Shown here: positions 41,201 through 50,510 of the stretch, piece by piece
How the letters are laid out: each line of letters starts with the position of its first letter
Numbering within the stretch: the first letter of the stretch is position 1
Source of the DNA: Methanotrichaceae archaeon
GTDB taxonomy: Archaea > Halobacteriota > Methanosarcinia > Methanotrichales > Methanotrichaceae
Assembly (NCBI GenBank): GCA_963813075.1
Contig: CAWEXU010000016.1
Location: forward strand, 33,610-97,609
DNA: 64,000 nucleotides
Direction of reading: 5' to 3'
Translations under genes and position numbers: made by a program
Notes under the pieces: model-generated
What the model was told of the DNA's origin: nothing
Seen by the model: the letters and a program-made list of their open reading frames with translations, nothing else
The model's database searches: none

Positions 41201-41773
41201 CTGGCCATCGATGAGTACGATCATGTCAAAACCCGCTACGACTTCCTCGCCCTGAGGAGGACCACCCTGCGGGAGGAGAGGGAGGCGATAATCGATAAGC
41301 TGGACAGGTACGACCAGATGAAAAAGGAGGCATTCCTATCCAGCTTCACCGAGATCAACAAGAACTTCAAAGAGATCTTCCAGGAGCTATCTCGAGGGGA
41401 AGGCGACCTTATCCTGGAGAACCCGGACGATCCCCTGGGCGGGGGGATGACCATCAAGGCCCGGCCGGCGGGAAAGCCCTTCCACCGTCTGGAGGCCATG
41501 TCCGGGGGGGAGAAGAGCTTGACTGCACTTTCGTTCATCTTCTCCATCCAGATGTTCAGGCCTGCGCCCTTCTATGCCATGGACGAGATCGACATGTTCC
41601 TGGATGGGGCCAATGTGGAAAGGGTGGCAAAGCTGATCAAGAAGATCTCGGGCCGGGCCCAGTTCATTGTGGTATCCCTGAGAAAGCCGATGATACTGCA
41701 GTCGAAATTTACCCTGGGCGTGACCATGCAAGAGAACAACATCACCACGGTGACTGGCATATGCACCAGCTGA
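38258..41773 (+). CDS. smc: Chromosome segregation protein SMC
   Basis: 'GPNGSGKSN', long coiled coils, hinge 'GRATFLPL', 'MSGGEKSL', 'DEID'. Confidence 0.96.
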   Translation: MYIKEVELKNFKSFGKSIRVPLKNDFVTVTGPNGSGKSNIVDALLFALCLSSSRAMRAERLPDLIYRGDNGKNPDFAQVTVRLDNTNRFFPLDQDTIEVSRKIKMKGEKYASSYSFNGKSCGQAELLDLLAKAGITPESYNIVMQGDVTRIIEMSPVERRKIIDEIAGVAEFDEKKKRAMEELDVVRERIERVDVILEEVGGQLDRLRSERDKAHSYQAHKDELKRQEAFLLLARLKEASRELASLNEEIAGLEAKNVEIKLRADSERSELAVQEEKLQNLGQEITHKGEDEQIEVKRRIEELKGEIARETDKIRVAEKSLNDLDRQQKASFIQLGNLSGEQEGLAEKIEDSSIRKASLKGELDDQNSLLSASMDSLAREDAQFTALREELERARVTREEAKARLADLLRERDRLLDASRRGGLEREELSRAIKEALDALASSDHEAERLKEELAGLNGRAMELERDRDDLEKGRLRLRREISEAEREMQKLQSEFARTDGRIKAAEDKGGFSRAVDAIRSAIKRDMLPGLYGTVAELGNVQSRYSVALEVAAGGRMQSIVAATDEDAARAIEYLKRSQIGRATFLPLNKLDRGSPSVKPNYEGIVDYAFNLIDFDPKFQGAFWYVFRDTLVVENLNHARALMGRYRMVTLDGDLVERSGAMTGGHYKTRMKFAAEESKKLLELSESIANADAGRASLIDKLDRIEEQISHISHDVEELNRVISKKTFQADEMTGAKPRLEKTISEKRERLVQMESEFFSHKGRLDSLEGEIRASEQILATMNESIGRIEADLSGSAIPELNRKADAAKSEIRRLQDRIAEIDAEILKDRIREEGILEKQKEITARRELLGSEKEEAAGQKEAASIRIQSLNQELEAMKSREAEIEVELHGLKGVRVELLERTITMQRAVDRMEREMDRIQARLDASISARDVIQIRVDGLRREIEESGVDSDQEPPDSNTVAEKIRALTQFMRDLEPVNMLAIDEYDHVKTRYDFLALRRTTLREEREAIIDKLDRYDQMKKEAFLSSFTEINKNFKEIFQELSRGEGDLILENPDDPLGGGMTIKARPAGKPFHRLEAMSGGEKSLTALSFIFSIQMFRPAPFYAMDEIDMFLDGANVERVAKLIKKISGRAQFIVVSLRKPMILQSKFTLGVTMQENNITTVTGICTS

Positions 41774-41781
41774 GGTAGGAC

Positions 41782-42483
41782 TTGTCTATAGATCCATTCA
41801 TGGGAAAGAATCCCAATGAGTTCGAATTCGGCGAGCCGGCGGAGGTGCTGGTGGAGCTTGCTCGAAGGGGGGATATCGATCCCTGGGATATCGATATCGC
41901 CAGGACCACAGAGAAGTTCTTGCAGTACATCGATTCCCTGGAGAAAAGAGACCTGCGAATACCGGCCAGAACACTCCTTTATGCCAGCATCCTCCTGAGG
42001 ATGAAGTCCGACTCCATGGAAGGGCAGACGGTGGAAGCGGCGGAGGAGCCCGAGCAGGAACTGGATGAGGGGGCGGAGGAGTCCTGGGAAGAGGAGAAAG
42101 AGGACACCCTTCCCCGCCCGCCGGTGAGGAGGCGCGCCAAAAGGCCGGTAACCTTAGACGAGCTGATAACCGAGCTGAAGAAGGCGGAGATGGTCGGCCG
42201 GAGAAAGGCCATGAGGGACCGCTGGCCTTCCACTGAGGAGAAGGCGCTGGACCTCTCTCACGATGAGGGGATCGAGGACCGGATAAGGGCTTTGGGCCCC
42301 ATTCTGGATGATATGTTCATGGAGAAGAAGACCGTCACCTTCGAGGATATCAACAGCAGAGATGGATCAATTGAGGACGGGGTGACCAACTATGTCTCTC
42401 TCCTGTTCATGGCCCAGAGAAAGCAGGTCTGGCTGGAGCAGGAGGAGATATACGGGGACCTGTTCGTAAAAAGGCATCCGTGA
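41782..42483 (+). CDS. scpA: Kleisin ScpA
   Basis: 'IDPWDIDI', 'ASILLRMKS', 'RPVTLDELI', 'SLLFMA...L.QEE.YGD'; directly after smc. Confidence 0.9.
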   Translation: MSIDPFMGKNPNEFEFGEPAEVLVELARRGDIDPWDIDIARTTEKFLQYIDSLEKRDLRIPARTLLYASILLRMKSDSMEGQTVEAAEEPEQELDEGAEESWEEEKEDTLPRPPVRRRAKRPVTLDELITELKKAEMVGRRKAMRDRWPSTEEKALDLSHDEGIEDRIRALGPILDDMFMEKKTVTFEDINSRDGSIEDGVTNYVSLLFMAQRKQVWLEQEEIYGDLFVKRHP

Positions 42484-42697
42484 GTGGCGGATTTATTGAT
42501 TGATTTTATTATCAAATTTTATTATCATGTTTTATATTTATCCCGGTGGAGAAGAGAAAGCTCGTATGGATAAACGTTGGGAATATCCGTTTTGAAGGCT
42601 AAATTGAATCCCCACAGAACCTCTCAGGGAGACCTAAAAAGCAGCAGCTTTATACTTTGCCCGCATATTTAATTCTATCACAGACTTCGCCAGGAGA

Positions 42698-43207
42698 GTG
42701 CAATCGACGCCAGAAGCACCAGAGACAAAACTGAATGCGGATCCGCAAGAAAATGCAGGCGCATCAGCCATCAGGCCCCAAAAAAGCCGCCGCCTGAAGG
42801 TCGCCCATCCTGAGCGCTGCATAGGCTGCCTGGGATGCATGTTCGCCTGCAGCCGCACCCGCACTGGCACGGTTTCACTGCAGAACAGCGCCATCAAGGT
42901 CCAGACCCAGGGCGGGATAGAGGGGGACTTCAGGATCGTGGTTTGCCGGAACTGCCAGGACCCTCCCTGCGCCCGGGCCTGTCCGGAGGGGGCGCTGGAA
43001 AAGAGGGCCGGGGGCGGAGTGATATTTCACAAGGATCTATGCACAGGCTGCGGAAAATGCCAGAAGGCCTGCCTGATCGGAGCCATATCCATGGGAAAAG
43101 AGAACAAGCCCATAAAATGCATTCACTGCGGAGCTTGCGCCGAATTCTGCCCCCACGGAGTGCTGGAGCTGGAAGAGGTTCCTGCTGCGGCCAGCAGAGG
43201 AGGATGA
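42698..43207 (+). CDS. 4x[4Fe-4S] ferredoxin subunit
   Basis: CIGCLGCMFAC, CRNCQDPPCARACP, CTGCGKCQKAC, CIHCGACAEFCP. Confidence 0.88.
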   Translation: MQSTPEAPETKLNADPQENAGASAIRPQKSRRLKVAHPERCIGCLGCMFACSRTRTGTVSLQNSAIKVQTQGGIEGDFRIVVCRNCQDPPCARACPEGALEKRAGGGVIFHKDLCTGCGKCQKACLIGAISMGKENKPIKCIHCGACAEFCPHGVLELEEVPAAASRGG

Positions 43208-43208
43208 A

Positions 43209-44945
43209 ATGCTGCGACGTGTGCTTTACATCGACCTGACGACGGGGGAGTCCTGGTCAGAGGAAAGGCAAGAGCTATTTGAGAGCTGGATGGGGGGAAC
43301 GGGTGTGGGCATCCGCCTGCTGCAGGAGGAATGCCCAAAAGGAGTTGATCCTCTCTCACCCCAGGTTCCCATAATCCTCTCCATCGGCCCCTTCAATGGC
43401 GTTTATCCCGTGGCCACCAAGACGGTGGCGACTTTTAAATCCCCGCTGACCGCAGAGTTGGGAGAGTCCTATGCCGGAGGCCGGCTCTCTTTGGCCATGA
43501 GGTTTGCCGGCCACGAGGCCATAGTGATCCGGGGCCAGGCGGAGAGGCCCTGCTACATTTCCATCAACAACTCACAGGTGGAAATCAAGGATGCCACCTC
43601 CATCTGGGGAATCGATGCCCTCACCACCGGGGTCATACTGCGCGATCATGAGTCGGGAGTGGGCAACAGGTCCATCATTCGCATCGGTCCGGCAGGCGAG
43701 AGGCTGGTTAGATATGCCGGTGTGGTGGTGGACACCTACCGCCACTTCGGCCGGCTGGGCCTGGGAGCGACATTCGGATCGAAGAGGCTCAAAGCTCTGG
43801 CCATCTCAGGCTCTGAGCACATCGATCTTCCCGATCCGCGCCGTTATAAAGAGGTCTATGCTCGCCTCTATAAGACAGCAGTCGGAACGGATGTGATGGG
43901 AAAGTATCACGATATTGGGACCTCGGTGAACATAAATGTCCTCAACTGGCTGAAGGGCCTTCCCACCAAGAACTTCATCTCCTCAAGCTTTCCGGAGGGG
44001 GAGAAGATCAGCGGCGAAGTGTTCGCAGAAAAGCATCTCCTTCGCAGGCTCTCATGCGCCGGCTGCCCCATAGGCTGCGTGCATATCGCCGCCCTGAAGA
44101 CGGAGTTCTCTCCTCATCATGAGTTCGAGGTAAGACGGGTATCTTACGACTACGAGCCCATCTACTCCCTGGGCTCAAACCTTGGGGTGGACTCGGCAGA
44201 AGGTATACTGCAGTTGATAGATGCCTGCGAGAGGCTGGGGCTGGATGTCATGTCTGCCGGAGTGGTCCTCTCCTGGGCGACCGAAGCCCTGGAAAAAGGG
44301 CTCATCACCACAAAGGAGACGATGGATGTTCCCCTGCAGTGGAACAATGTGCCTGGCTACCTGCGCGCCCTGGAGAGCATAGTTAGCGCTCCCAATGAGT
44401 TCTATTCCATCCTGGCCCAGGGGGTGGAGAAGGCGGCGGAAAGGTATGGAGGTCTTGATTTCGCCATGACTCTGGGCAAAAATGAGGTCAGTGGCTACCA
44501 TACCGGTCCGGCATCCATTGTGGGCCAGCTGGTCGGGGTGCGCCACTCCCACCTGGACAACGGCGGATACGGCATCGACCAGAAGGCTAAGAAAACGCCC
44601 ATGGACCTGGAGATGATGGTGGATGAGATCGTCAAAGAGGACAACTCCCGCGGGGTCTTCAACAGCCTGGTGGGCTGCCTCTTCGCCCGGGGCGTCTACA
44701 GCGAGGAGAACATAATCGATGGCCTGGGTGCGGTGGGGATTGTCAAGACCGCGGATGACCTGGAGGAGCTGGGCCGGAGAATCTTCGAGGAGAAGTACAA
44801 GTTCAAGGTGCAGGAGGGCTTCGACCTATCCAGCGTCCGAATTCCCAAAAGGTTCTACCAGACGGTCTCTACGTTGGGGATGGTGACCCCGGAGATGATA
44901 GAAGAGATGCTGCGTTTATACCGGAAGAAGAGAGGCTGGAGCTGA
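43209..44945 (+). CDS. Tungsten aldehyde:ferredoxin oxidoreductase family protein
   Basis: 'FKSPLT...ESYAGG', 'GRLGLGATFGSKRLKA', 'CAGCPIGC', 'DYEP', 'GLDVMSAG'. Confidence 0.88.
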   Translation: MLRRVLYIDLTTGESWSEERQELFESWMGGTGVGIRLLQEECPKGVDPLSPQVPIILSIGPFNGVYPVATKTVATFKSPLTAELGESYAGGRLSLAMRFAGHEAIVIRGQAERPCYISINNSQVEIKDATSIWGIDALTTGVILRDHESGVGNRSIIRIGPAGERLVRYAGVVVDTYRHFGRLGLGATFGSKRLKALAISGSEHIDLPDPRRYKEVYARLYKTAVGTDVMGKYHDIGTSVNINVLNWLKGLPTKNFISSSFPEGEKISGEVFAEKHLLRRLSCAGCPIGCVHIAALKTEFSPHHEFEVRRVSYDYEPIYSLGSNLGVDSAEGILQLIDACERLGLDVMSAGVVLSWATEALEKGLITTKETMDVPLQWNNVPGYLRALESIVSAPNEFYSILAQGVEKAAERYGGLDFAMTLGKNEVSGYHTGPASIVGQLVGVRHSHLDNGGYGIDQKAKKTPMDLEMMVDEIVKEDNSRGVFNSLVGCLFARGVYSEENIIDGLGAVGIVKTADDLEELGRRIFEEKYKFKVQEGFDLSSVRIPKRFYQTVSTLGMVTPEMIEEMLRLYRKKRGWS

Positions 44946-45271
44946 ACACTATCTTATTTGCATTTACTCGAAACCGACATCTTTAGCCACTTTGACAAGT
45001 ATATAATTGTCTGCGTAATCGATTGGCCTTGTGGCCAGTGATACGCATTTGTCCACTATAAAAGCTTCTGTTACTAATCCAAGGATGAGCCCAATTAAAA
45101 GAATATGCATTATTGTAGGTGGGCAGGTGCCGGTACGAAAACAAATATCTGGATCGTATTCTGATTCCAGAAAAGCCAAAATGGAAGCAAAAAAATCATT
45201 GTTGACAAAAAGGACATACCAAAACCATAATGCACCAATTACAATGCCAGCCTTCAAGGAGGTAATAATAG

Positions 45272-45740
45272 GTGTCCTCTGCTCGGAAATTAACCTTATT
45301 TCAATTGAACGACAGTCACAGCTACCTGGAACCGCATCATGAGCTCTTTTGGTCGGGAGATCATGCCGAGTGTAGAATGGTAGGCGGCTATGCCCGGGTA
45401 GCATCGCTTATGGAGGAAAACCGCCAGGTGACCCCGACCCTGGCTTTCGACTGCGGAGACACCTTCCACGGCACCTATTTGCCTGTCAAGAGCCGAGGTC
45501 GGGCGATGCTGCCCATTGCGAATGCTTTGGCTTTTGATGCCATGACGGCTCACTGGGAGTTCGCCTACGGACCAGCCGGATTTCGTAGCCTGGCCAGGGA
45601 GCTGAACTATCCCGTTCTCGCCATCAATTGCTATGAAGTGGCTACAGGAGAACTGGCCTATTCTCCCTTCACAATTTTGGAGATAGGAGGCCTACTGATA
45701 GGTGTGATCGGGATTGCTTCCTCTATCGTGGATATCTGGA
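45272..45740 (+). pseudogene. N-terminal fragment of a 5'-nucleotidase/SoxB-like metallophosphatase
   Basis: 'QLNDSHSYLEPH', 'GGYARV', 'DCGDTFHG', 'HWEFAYG'; similarity ends after 'IGVIGIAS'. Confidence 0.7.
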
Positions 45741-46008
45741 TCGCCTTGAGAAAAGCCTCCATTCTGGCCCTGTCGCCTTCCGCCAGGGCCACCACCTGTT
45801 GCCGTATCATATCTCAGAGTCAGAATCCTGCGCCCGCTTTCCGATCCCGTTCGCCAGCAAATGCTCACCTGGTGATCCTCTCCTGAATGCTGCGATGGCT
45901 GCGAATAGATATGAAACAGGAACGCAAAGCGGATATAAGATTTGAGGTAAGATTGTAAATGACAGCAGAAAAAGGCAGAGAACAATTTAAACTCCTGTGG
46001 TGAATCAG

Positions 46009-46245
46009 ATGGTGAAGATCGAGGTTATGGGAACAGGCTGCGCCAAGTGCAAAAGCCTGCTGAAGAACGTACAGAAGGCAGTGGAAGAATCGGGGACTGA
46101 TGCAGAGATCATCAAGGTGGACAGCATTCAGGAGATCATGGATCGAGGAGTGATGATGACACCAGCTCTTTATATAGATGGAAAATCGGTCTTGACAGGA
46201 AGAACGGCAACAGTGGAAGAGCTTAAAAGGATGCTCAAGAGATAA
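46009..46245 (+). CDS. Small thioredoxin-like redox protein (MTH895/Thioredoxin_3 type)
   Basis: 'IEVMGTGCAKC', 'GVMMTPALYIDG'. Confidence 0.88.
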   Translation: MVKIEVMGTGCAKCKSLLKNVQKAVEESGTDAEIIKVDSIQEIMDRGVMMTPALYIDGKSVLTGRTATVEELKRMLKR

Positions 46246-46264
46246 CCGTTTAATGGTGTCACCA

Positions 46265-46645
46265 ATGGACGAGAAAAAGAAGTGCAGTTGCAGCTCATCG
46301 GATGTGCGGGTGGTGGCCTGCTCCGGAGCGTGTAATGTTGGCCAGATCGCCAACCAGGCGGCGATTGACCTGTCGAAAGAGGGCGTGGCAGGATTCTTCT
46401 GCCTGGCGGCAGTGGCAGCTCATATCGAGGGGATGGTGAAAGCGGCGCGCCAAGCAGGACTGATGATATCCATTGATGGCTGTCCGGTGCAGTGCTCCGC
46501 CAGGACCCTGCAGCATCTGGATATCGAGCCGGCCATACAGGTCATTGTGACTGAGCAGGGCATAGAGAAGACTCATGACATCTCTGTTGACCGGGACATT
46601 TGCTCCAAGGTGGTAGAGCGGGTGAAAGAAGAGCTGGCTGCCTGA
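46265..46645 (+). CDS. DGC-domain putative zinc-binding protein
   Basis: 'ACSGACNVGQIAN', 'FCLA', 'IDGCPVQC'. Confidence 0.85.
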   Translation: MDEKKKCSCSSSDVRVVACSGACNVGQIANQAAIDLSKEGVAGFFCLAAVAAHIEGMVKAARQAGLMISIDGCPVQCSARTLQHLDIEPAIQVIVTEQGIEKTHDISVDRDICSKVVERVKEELAA

Positions 46646-46689
46646 AGCCGGGGTGGTATTAAATGACGTTAACAAATACAATAACTTCA

Positions 46690-47847
46690 ATGAAATCATT
46701 TCTGAAACTGACGGGAATTCTCTGCGGGACGCTCCTGGCGGCCCTGGTCCTCACCCAGAGCGCATCTGCCGGTGCGGAGTGCGCCTCTTTGGGAGGGGCG
46801 TGCGACGACTCCAGCGGCTGGGATCCCATGGCCAAGCTGAATGAGATCGGCAATGCGACTGCCACCCAAGAGCAGCCGGCGGGAAACAACTGGCCCAAGA
46901 AGTCCAGGGAGATCCGCTGGGGGATGAACGCCTCCCAAAGCGGTGATGAAGAGAGCGGGGAAAACAAGAGTGCAGCCGCGACCGATGGGGGCCAGCAGGC
47001 CGATGCGGAGGAGGCCAGGGATGTTCAGATTGCCGCTCCGGCAAAGATGAAGGAATTGCAGATCAACATGACCCGCAGCCTCAATGCAAGAGAGATGCTC
47101 TTGCCGCTGGATGGGGTCAGTGAAGGGGATATCCTGCTGGATGTGAGCGAGAACACGAGCATCCATATCGAAGGCTCAGTTTACATTCCCTATATGGAGT
47201 TCTTTGTTCAGCCAGGAGTCCTGAAGCCGGTGGAGGAGATCTCCACGATCCTGGGCAAAGCGGGAATCTCCAGAGAGGATTCGGTTGTCATCTATGGGGA
47301 GTGTCTGCCCTGCGGCGGAGGGCCATCGGTGGCCACATACGTCTACTGGATGATGAATAGCCTGGGCCATGAGAATGTATCGGTCCTGGACGGGACGGCA
47401 GGGGACTGGTCGGCAGCGGGAAGAGCGACCTCTGGAAGTGCTAACCTGCTTCCCGAAAAGGAGTATACGCCTCTTATGAACTCAAACTATACCGCCACAT
47501 ACGATCTGGTCAAGGGCGGCCAGGTGCAGATCATCGATGCCCGCACTCCACGCGAATTTGCCACGGGAACCATACCCGGATCGATCAATATGCCCTTTGA
47601 GAGCGTTCTTAATGATTTGAAGATCACCGGCGAGGAGCGGCTGGATATGGTCTTCATGGTATTGAACAAAGACCAGCCGGTGGTCGTCTTCACCAATACG
47701 GGGATGAAGGGCTCTTTAGTCTGGTTTGCCCTGGAGATGATGGGCTATGACGCCAGGCTCTACAGCTATCAGGACTGGATGGCAAATCAATTGCCGGATC
47801 TCCGAGAGGTGGATGGGTCCGGGGGGCTAAATGAGACTGCAGACTGA
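46690..47847 (+). CDS. Secreted tandem-rhodanese-domain protein 1
   Basis: Signal peptide; 'HIEGSV', 'VVIYGECLPCGGG', 'VSVLDG...W', 'IIDAR..EF..GTIPGSIN', 'ARLY'. Confidence 0.8.
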   Translation: MKSFLKLTGILCGTLLAALVLTQSASAGAECASLGGACDDSSGWDPMAKLNEIGNATATQEQPAGNNWPKKSREIRWGMNASQSGDEESGENKSAAATDGGQQADAEEARDVQIAAPAKMKELQINMTRSLNAREMLLPLDGVSEGDILLDVSENTSIHIEGSVYIPYMEFFVQPGVLKPVEEISTILGKAGISREDSVVIYGECLPCGGGPSVATYVYWMMNSLGHENVSVLDGTAGDWSAAGRATSGSANLLPEKEYTPLMNSNYTATYDLVKGGQVQIIDARTPREFATGTIPGSINMPFESVLNDLKITGEERLDMVFMVLNKDQPVVVFTNTGMKGSLVWFALEMMGYDARLYSYQDWMANQLPDLREVDGSGGLNETAD

Positions 47848-47914
47848 CCCTTCCCGCCCTTTTATTCCGGCGGAGGGGCATAGACCGACAGACGGTGCGG
47901 GCATTGCGGGATCG

Positions 47915-49603
47915 ATGCCCGTTCTGCGGTCCATCCTGACCCTTTTCTCTCTCTCTCTTATTCTCCTGGCAGGATCGGCCAGCGCAGGCACTGAGAATGG
48001 GGAATTCTGCCCCACCTGCCCGGATTGGACCAATCTGGACGGCTGGCTGGAGCAGAAAGCGGATTATGAAGAGGGTATGAAAGACGAGCTGCAGAATGGT
48101 CCTCAGATCGAGCAGCACAAAAATGAGCTGAGGATAAAGGCCGTACAGGCCCAGACCGGGCTTGATGCCAGTCGGAATTCATCCTCTGCCAGCAGCGCCG
48201 ATCCGGCGTTGGGCAGTGTAATTGTCAATAGCAATAGCAATTCTAATAGCAATTCCAATAACAATTCCAATAGCAACAGCAACAACAATAGCGATAGCAT
48301 CAGCAATAGCAGCACGACATCAACTCCAGGCAGGAGCATTGAATCTGTCGAGGTGATAGCATCCCTGGATTCGATCTCTTCAGATGAGGTTATAGTGGAC
48401 ATCAGCCCCAGTGCTGCGGCATATATCGAGGGGGCAGTCAATCTCAATTACGATCTATTCTTCTCCGAAGGAGGGGAGGTCGTGCCGGTATCGGAGATGG
48501 CAAGGCTCCTGGGAGATGCGGGCATCAAGAGCAACGACTCCTTGCTGATCGCCGGGGAGTGCCTGCCCTGTGGCAGCGGGCCGTCGCCGGCGTTCTTCAC
48601 CTACTGGGCCTTAAAGTACCTGGGCCATGAGAAGGTAAGAGTGCTGGAGGGCACCATCGTTGACTGGAAGGCTGCCGGGCTGAACATCAGCAACAGCTCT
48701 GCGGTCAGGCCAGTGACCGAGTACGTCCCCCACATCAGGCCGGAGCTTTTTGCCAGTTATGAGTACGTTGTCACCAGCGGAGCGCAGATCGTGGACGCCA
48801 GGCCGGCAAATGCATATGAACTGGGCTCAATCCCTGGAGCGATCAACATCCCCTACCAGAATGTGCTGGTCAATGATAGCATGAAGCCGGAGGAGGAACG
48901 GGAGAAGCTCTTCAGAGACCTTGACCGGAACCGATCGGTGGTGGTCTACACCAATATTGGGGTTGAGGCCGCTTTGGTCTGGTTCGCTCTGAACGATTCC
49001 GGATATGATGCCCGGCTCTACACCTGGCGGGACTGGCTGGAAAACCAGCCCAAATTCCCCTATGAACTGGCTGAGGTCTCAGCCCAGCCCAATCCGGTCA
49101 GGTCGGGAGAATCGACGACTATTAGCGCCCTCTTCCGGGAGAGGAAAACAGAAGAGAAAGCGAATATGCCATCGAGCAGTTCTTCTGCAAATGGTTCGTC
49201 CGCAGATCAAGAGGCAAAGCTGACGGTGAAGGGATGCGCTACCTGCGGATTCGGCTCACCCCAGGGCTTTGCCAACCTGGATCGCAAGGACGGTTATGTG
49301 CAGATCGGCTCGGCCGGAAAAGCTGCCCAGAGCTCTGCCACCTCAAACGCATCGGCACAATCCTCGGCCATCGATAGTGGGATCAGCGATGGCACTTTGA
49401 GGTGCAGCGCAGTGATAGAGGCAAACGATGGCTCTGAAGTGGCCAGGACCAGTCTGTTGGAGACATCAGGGGGCAGGTACATGGGCGTCTGGAATGCCGG
49501 TGTCGCTCCGGGGATCTACAATGTGAGCATCGTCGCCACACTGGATGGGAACGCAGAGGCCTTTGTTGATGTGATGACGGTGGAGGTGACGAGGAGGGGG
49601 TGA
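47915..49603 (+). CDS. Secreted tandem-rhodanese-domain protein 2 with Asn/Ser linker and C-terminal extension
   Basis: Signal peptide, CPTC, 'GECLPCGSG', 'IVDAR...Y..GSIPGAIN', C-terminal CATC. Confidence 0.8.
   Translation: MPVLRSILTLFSLSLILLAGSASAGTENGEFCPTCPDWTNLDGWLEQKADYEEGMKDELQNGPQIEQHKNELRIKAVQAQTGLDASRNSSSASSADPALGSVIVNSNSNSNSNSNNNSNSNSNNNSDSISNSSTTSTPGRSIESVEVIASLDSISSDEVIVDISPSAAAYIEGAVNLNYDLFFSEGGEVVPVSEMARLLGDAGIKSNDSLLIAGECLPCGSGPSPAFFTYWALKYLGHEKVRVLEGTIVDWKAAGLNISNSSAVRPVTEYVPHIRPELFASYEYVVTSGAQIVDARPANAYELGSIPGAINIPYQNVLVNDSMKPEEEREKLFRDLDRNRSVVVYTNIGVEAALVWFALNDSGYDARLYTWRDWLENQPKFPYELAEVSAQPNPVRSGESTTISALFRERKTEEKANMPSSSSSANGSSADQEAKLTVKGCATCGFGSPQGFANLDRKDGYVQIGSAGKAAQSSATSNASAQSSAIDSGISDGTLRCSAVIEANDGSEVARTSLLETSGGRYMGVWNAGVAPGIYNVSIVATLDGNAEAFVDVMTVEVTRRG
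48226..48310 (+). repeat. Low-complexity (Asn-Ser)n coding repeat
   Basis: aatagcaatagcaattctaatagcaattccaataacaattcc... encoding NSNSNSNSNSNNNSNSNSNNNSDS. Confidence 0.85.
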
Positions 49604-49669
49604 TGGGGAGGGGGTGAGGCCAGACACCCTTTTGGTCAGATCAATAATTAAAGCAGTATTTTCTCCTTT

Positions 49670-50404
49670 TTAGCTCAAGGCCGGCCCAGGGGAGCAAATC
49701 CCGGTCAGGATGCTATCCATATCCAGATGGACATCATAATATCCAACGATCGGAGAGCTGTTCCCCTGCAGGGTCAGGTTTGACTGAGACCCATTCGCCT
49801 GATATGTCTGGTTCGACGGAGATGTTTCTTCTCCTGATGCCTTCTCCCGGACTATATGCTCTCTGACCGCTAGCGACATCTTCTCTTCCACTCCGATGAT
49901 CGCCGGAGCATAGTAGGATATGTCCGGATTGATGGATATAGCCGTGAAATTACCCCTTTTCAAGATCCTCCCCTCAATGATATCGACAAAATTGCCGAAA
50001 AGCGTCTGATTGATCCTGTCGTATCTCCCGGTCAGTCTCATCAAGACCAGAGAATCATTTTGCAGAGAGGTGATAAACAGCTCGATCTCCTCCCCATCTG
50101 CTGAGCCTGCCACGTTGCCATTCCATGCCGATCCGGCATCAGGCTCGTATTTAGCTCTGCCAAATAGCTCGCTGCCGTTCTGGCTCAGAGCCATTATCAC
50201 CTGTCCCTCTGGCTCCAGGCCGTCAATAGACCATATGTAACTCAGATCCAGGCCCGTTCCCACTCGGGACGTCTCCACTCGGGACATATCCCCGGGATCG
50301 GATAGGCCGCCGATCGGGAAGAGGACAGAGAGAGTGAAAATGGCAAGGGCAAAGCGGAAAGCATTACGGCTGCTGGTGGGCATAAACATAGCACGTGATC
50401 GCAT
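49670..50404 (-). CDS. Secreted hypothetical protein
   Basis: Signal peptide, beta-rich 'MALSQNGSELFGRAKYE...WNG.VAG' region. Confidence 0.6.
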   Translation of the reverse strand: MRSRAMFMPTSSRNAFRFALAIFTLSVLFPIGGLSDPGDMSRVETSRVGTGLDLSYIWSIDGLEPEGQVIMALSQNGSELFGRAKYEPDAGSAWNGNVAGSADGEEIELFITSLQNDSLVLMRLTGRYDRINQTLFGNFVDIIEGRILKRGNFTAISINPDISYYAPAIIGVEEKMSLAVREHIVREKASGEETSPSNQTYQANGSQSNLTLQGNSSPIVGYYDVHLDMDSILTGICSPGPALS

Positions 50405-50510
50405 CGATCAGATACAAATCATTTGCGAGGCGCATTTTGCGGTCAGAGCACGGAAAGCTTTATCTCATTTTATAGTCCACTCCATAGGTTCAGTTCCGGG
50501 GAGTTAATAG

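Noticed and set aside
38258..42483. smc-scpA without scpB, or a Wadjet-like system
   Set aside because: Canonical SMC hinge and kleisin; an unlinked or absent scpB is common in archaea; no JetD/Toprim gene
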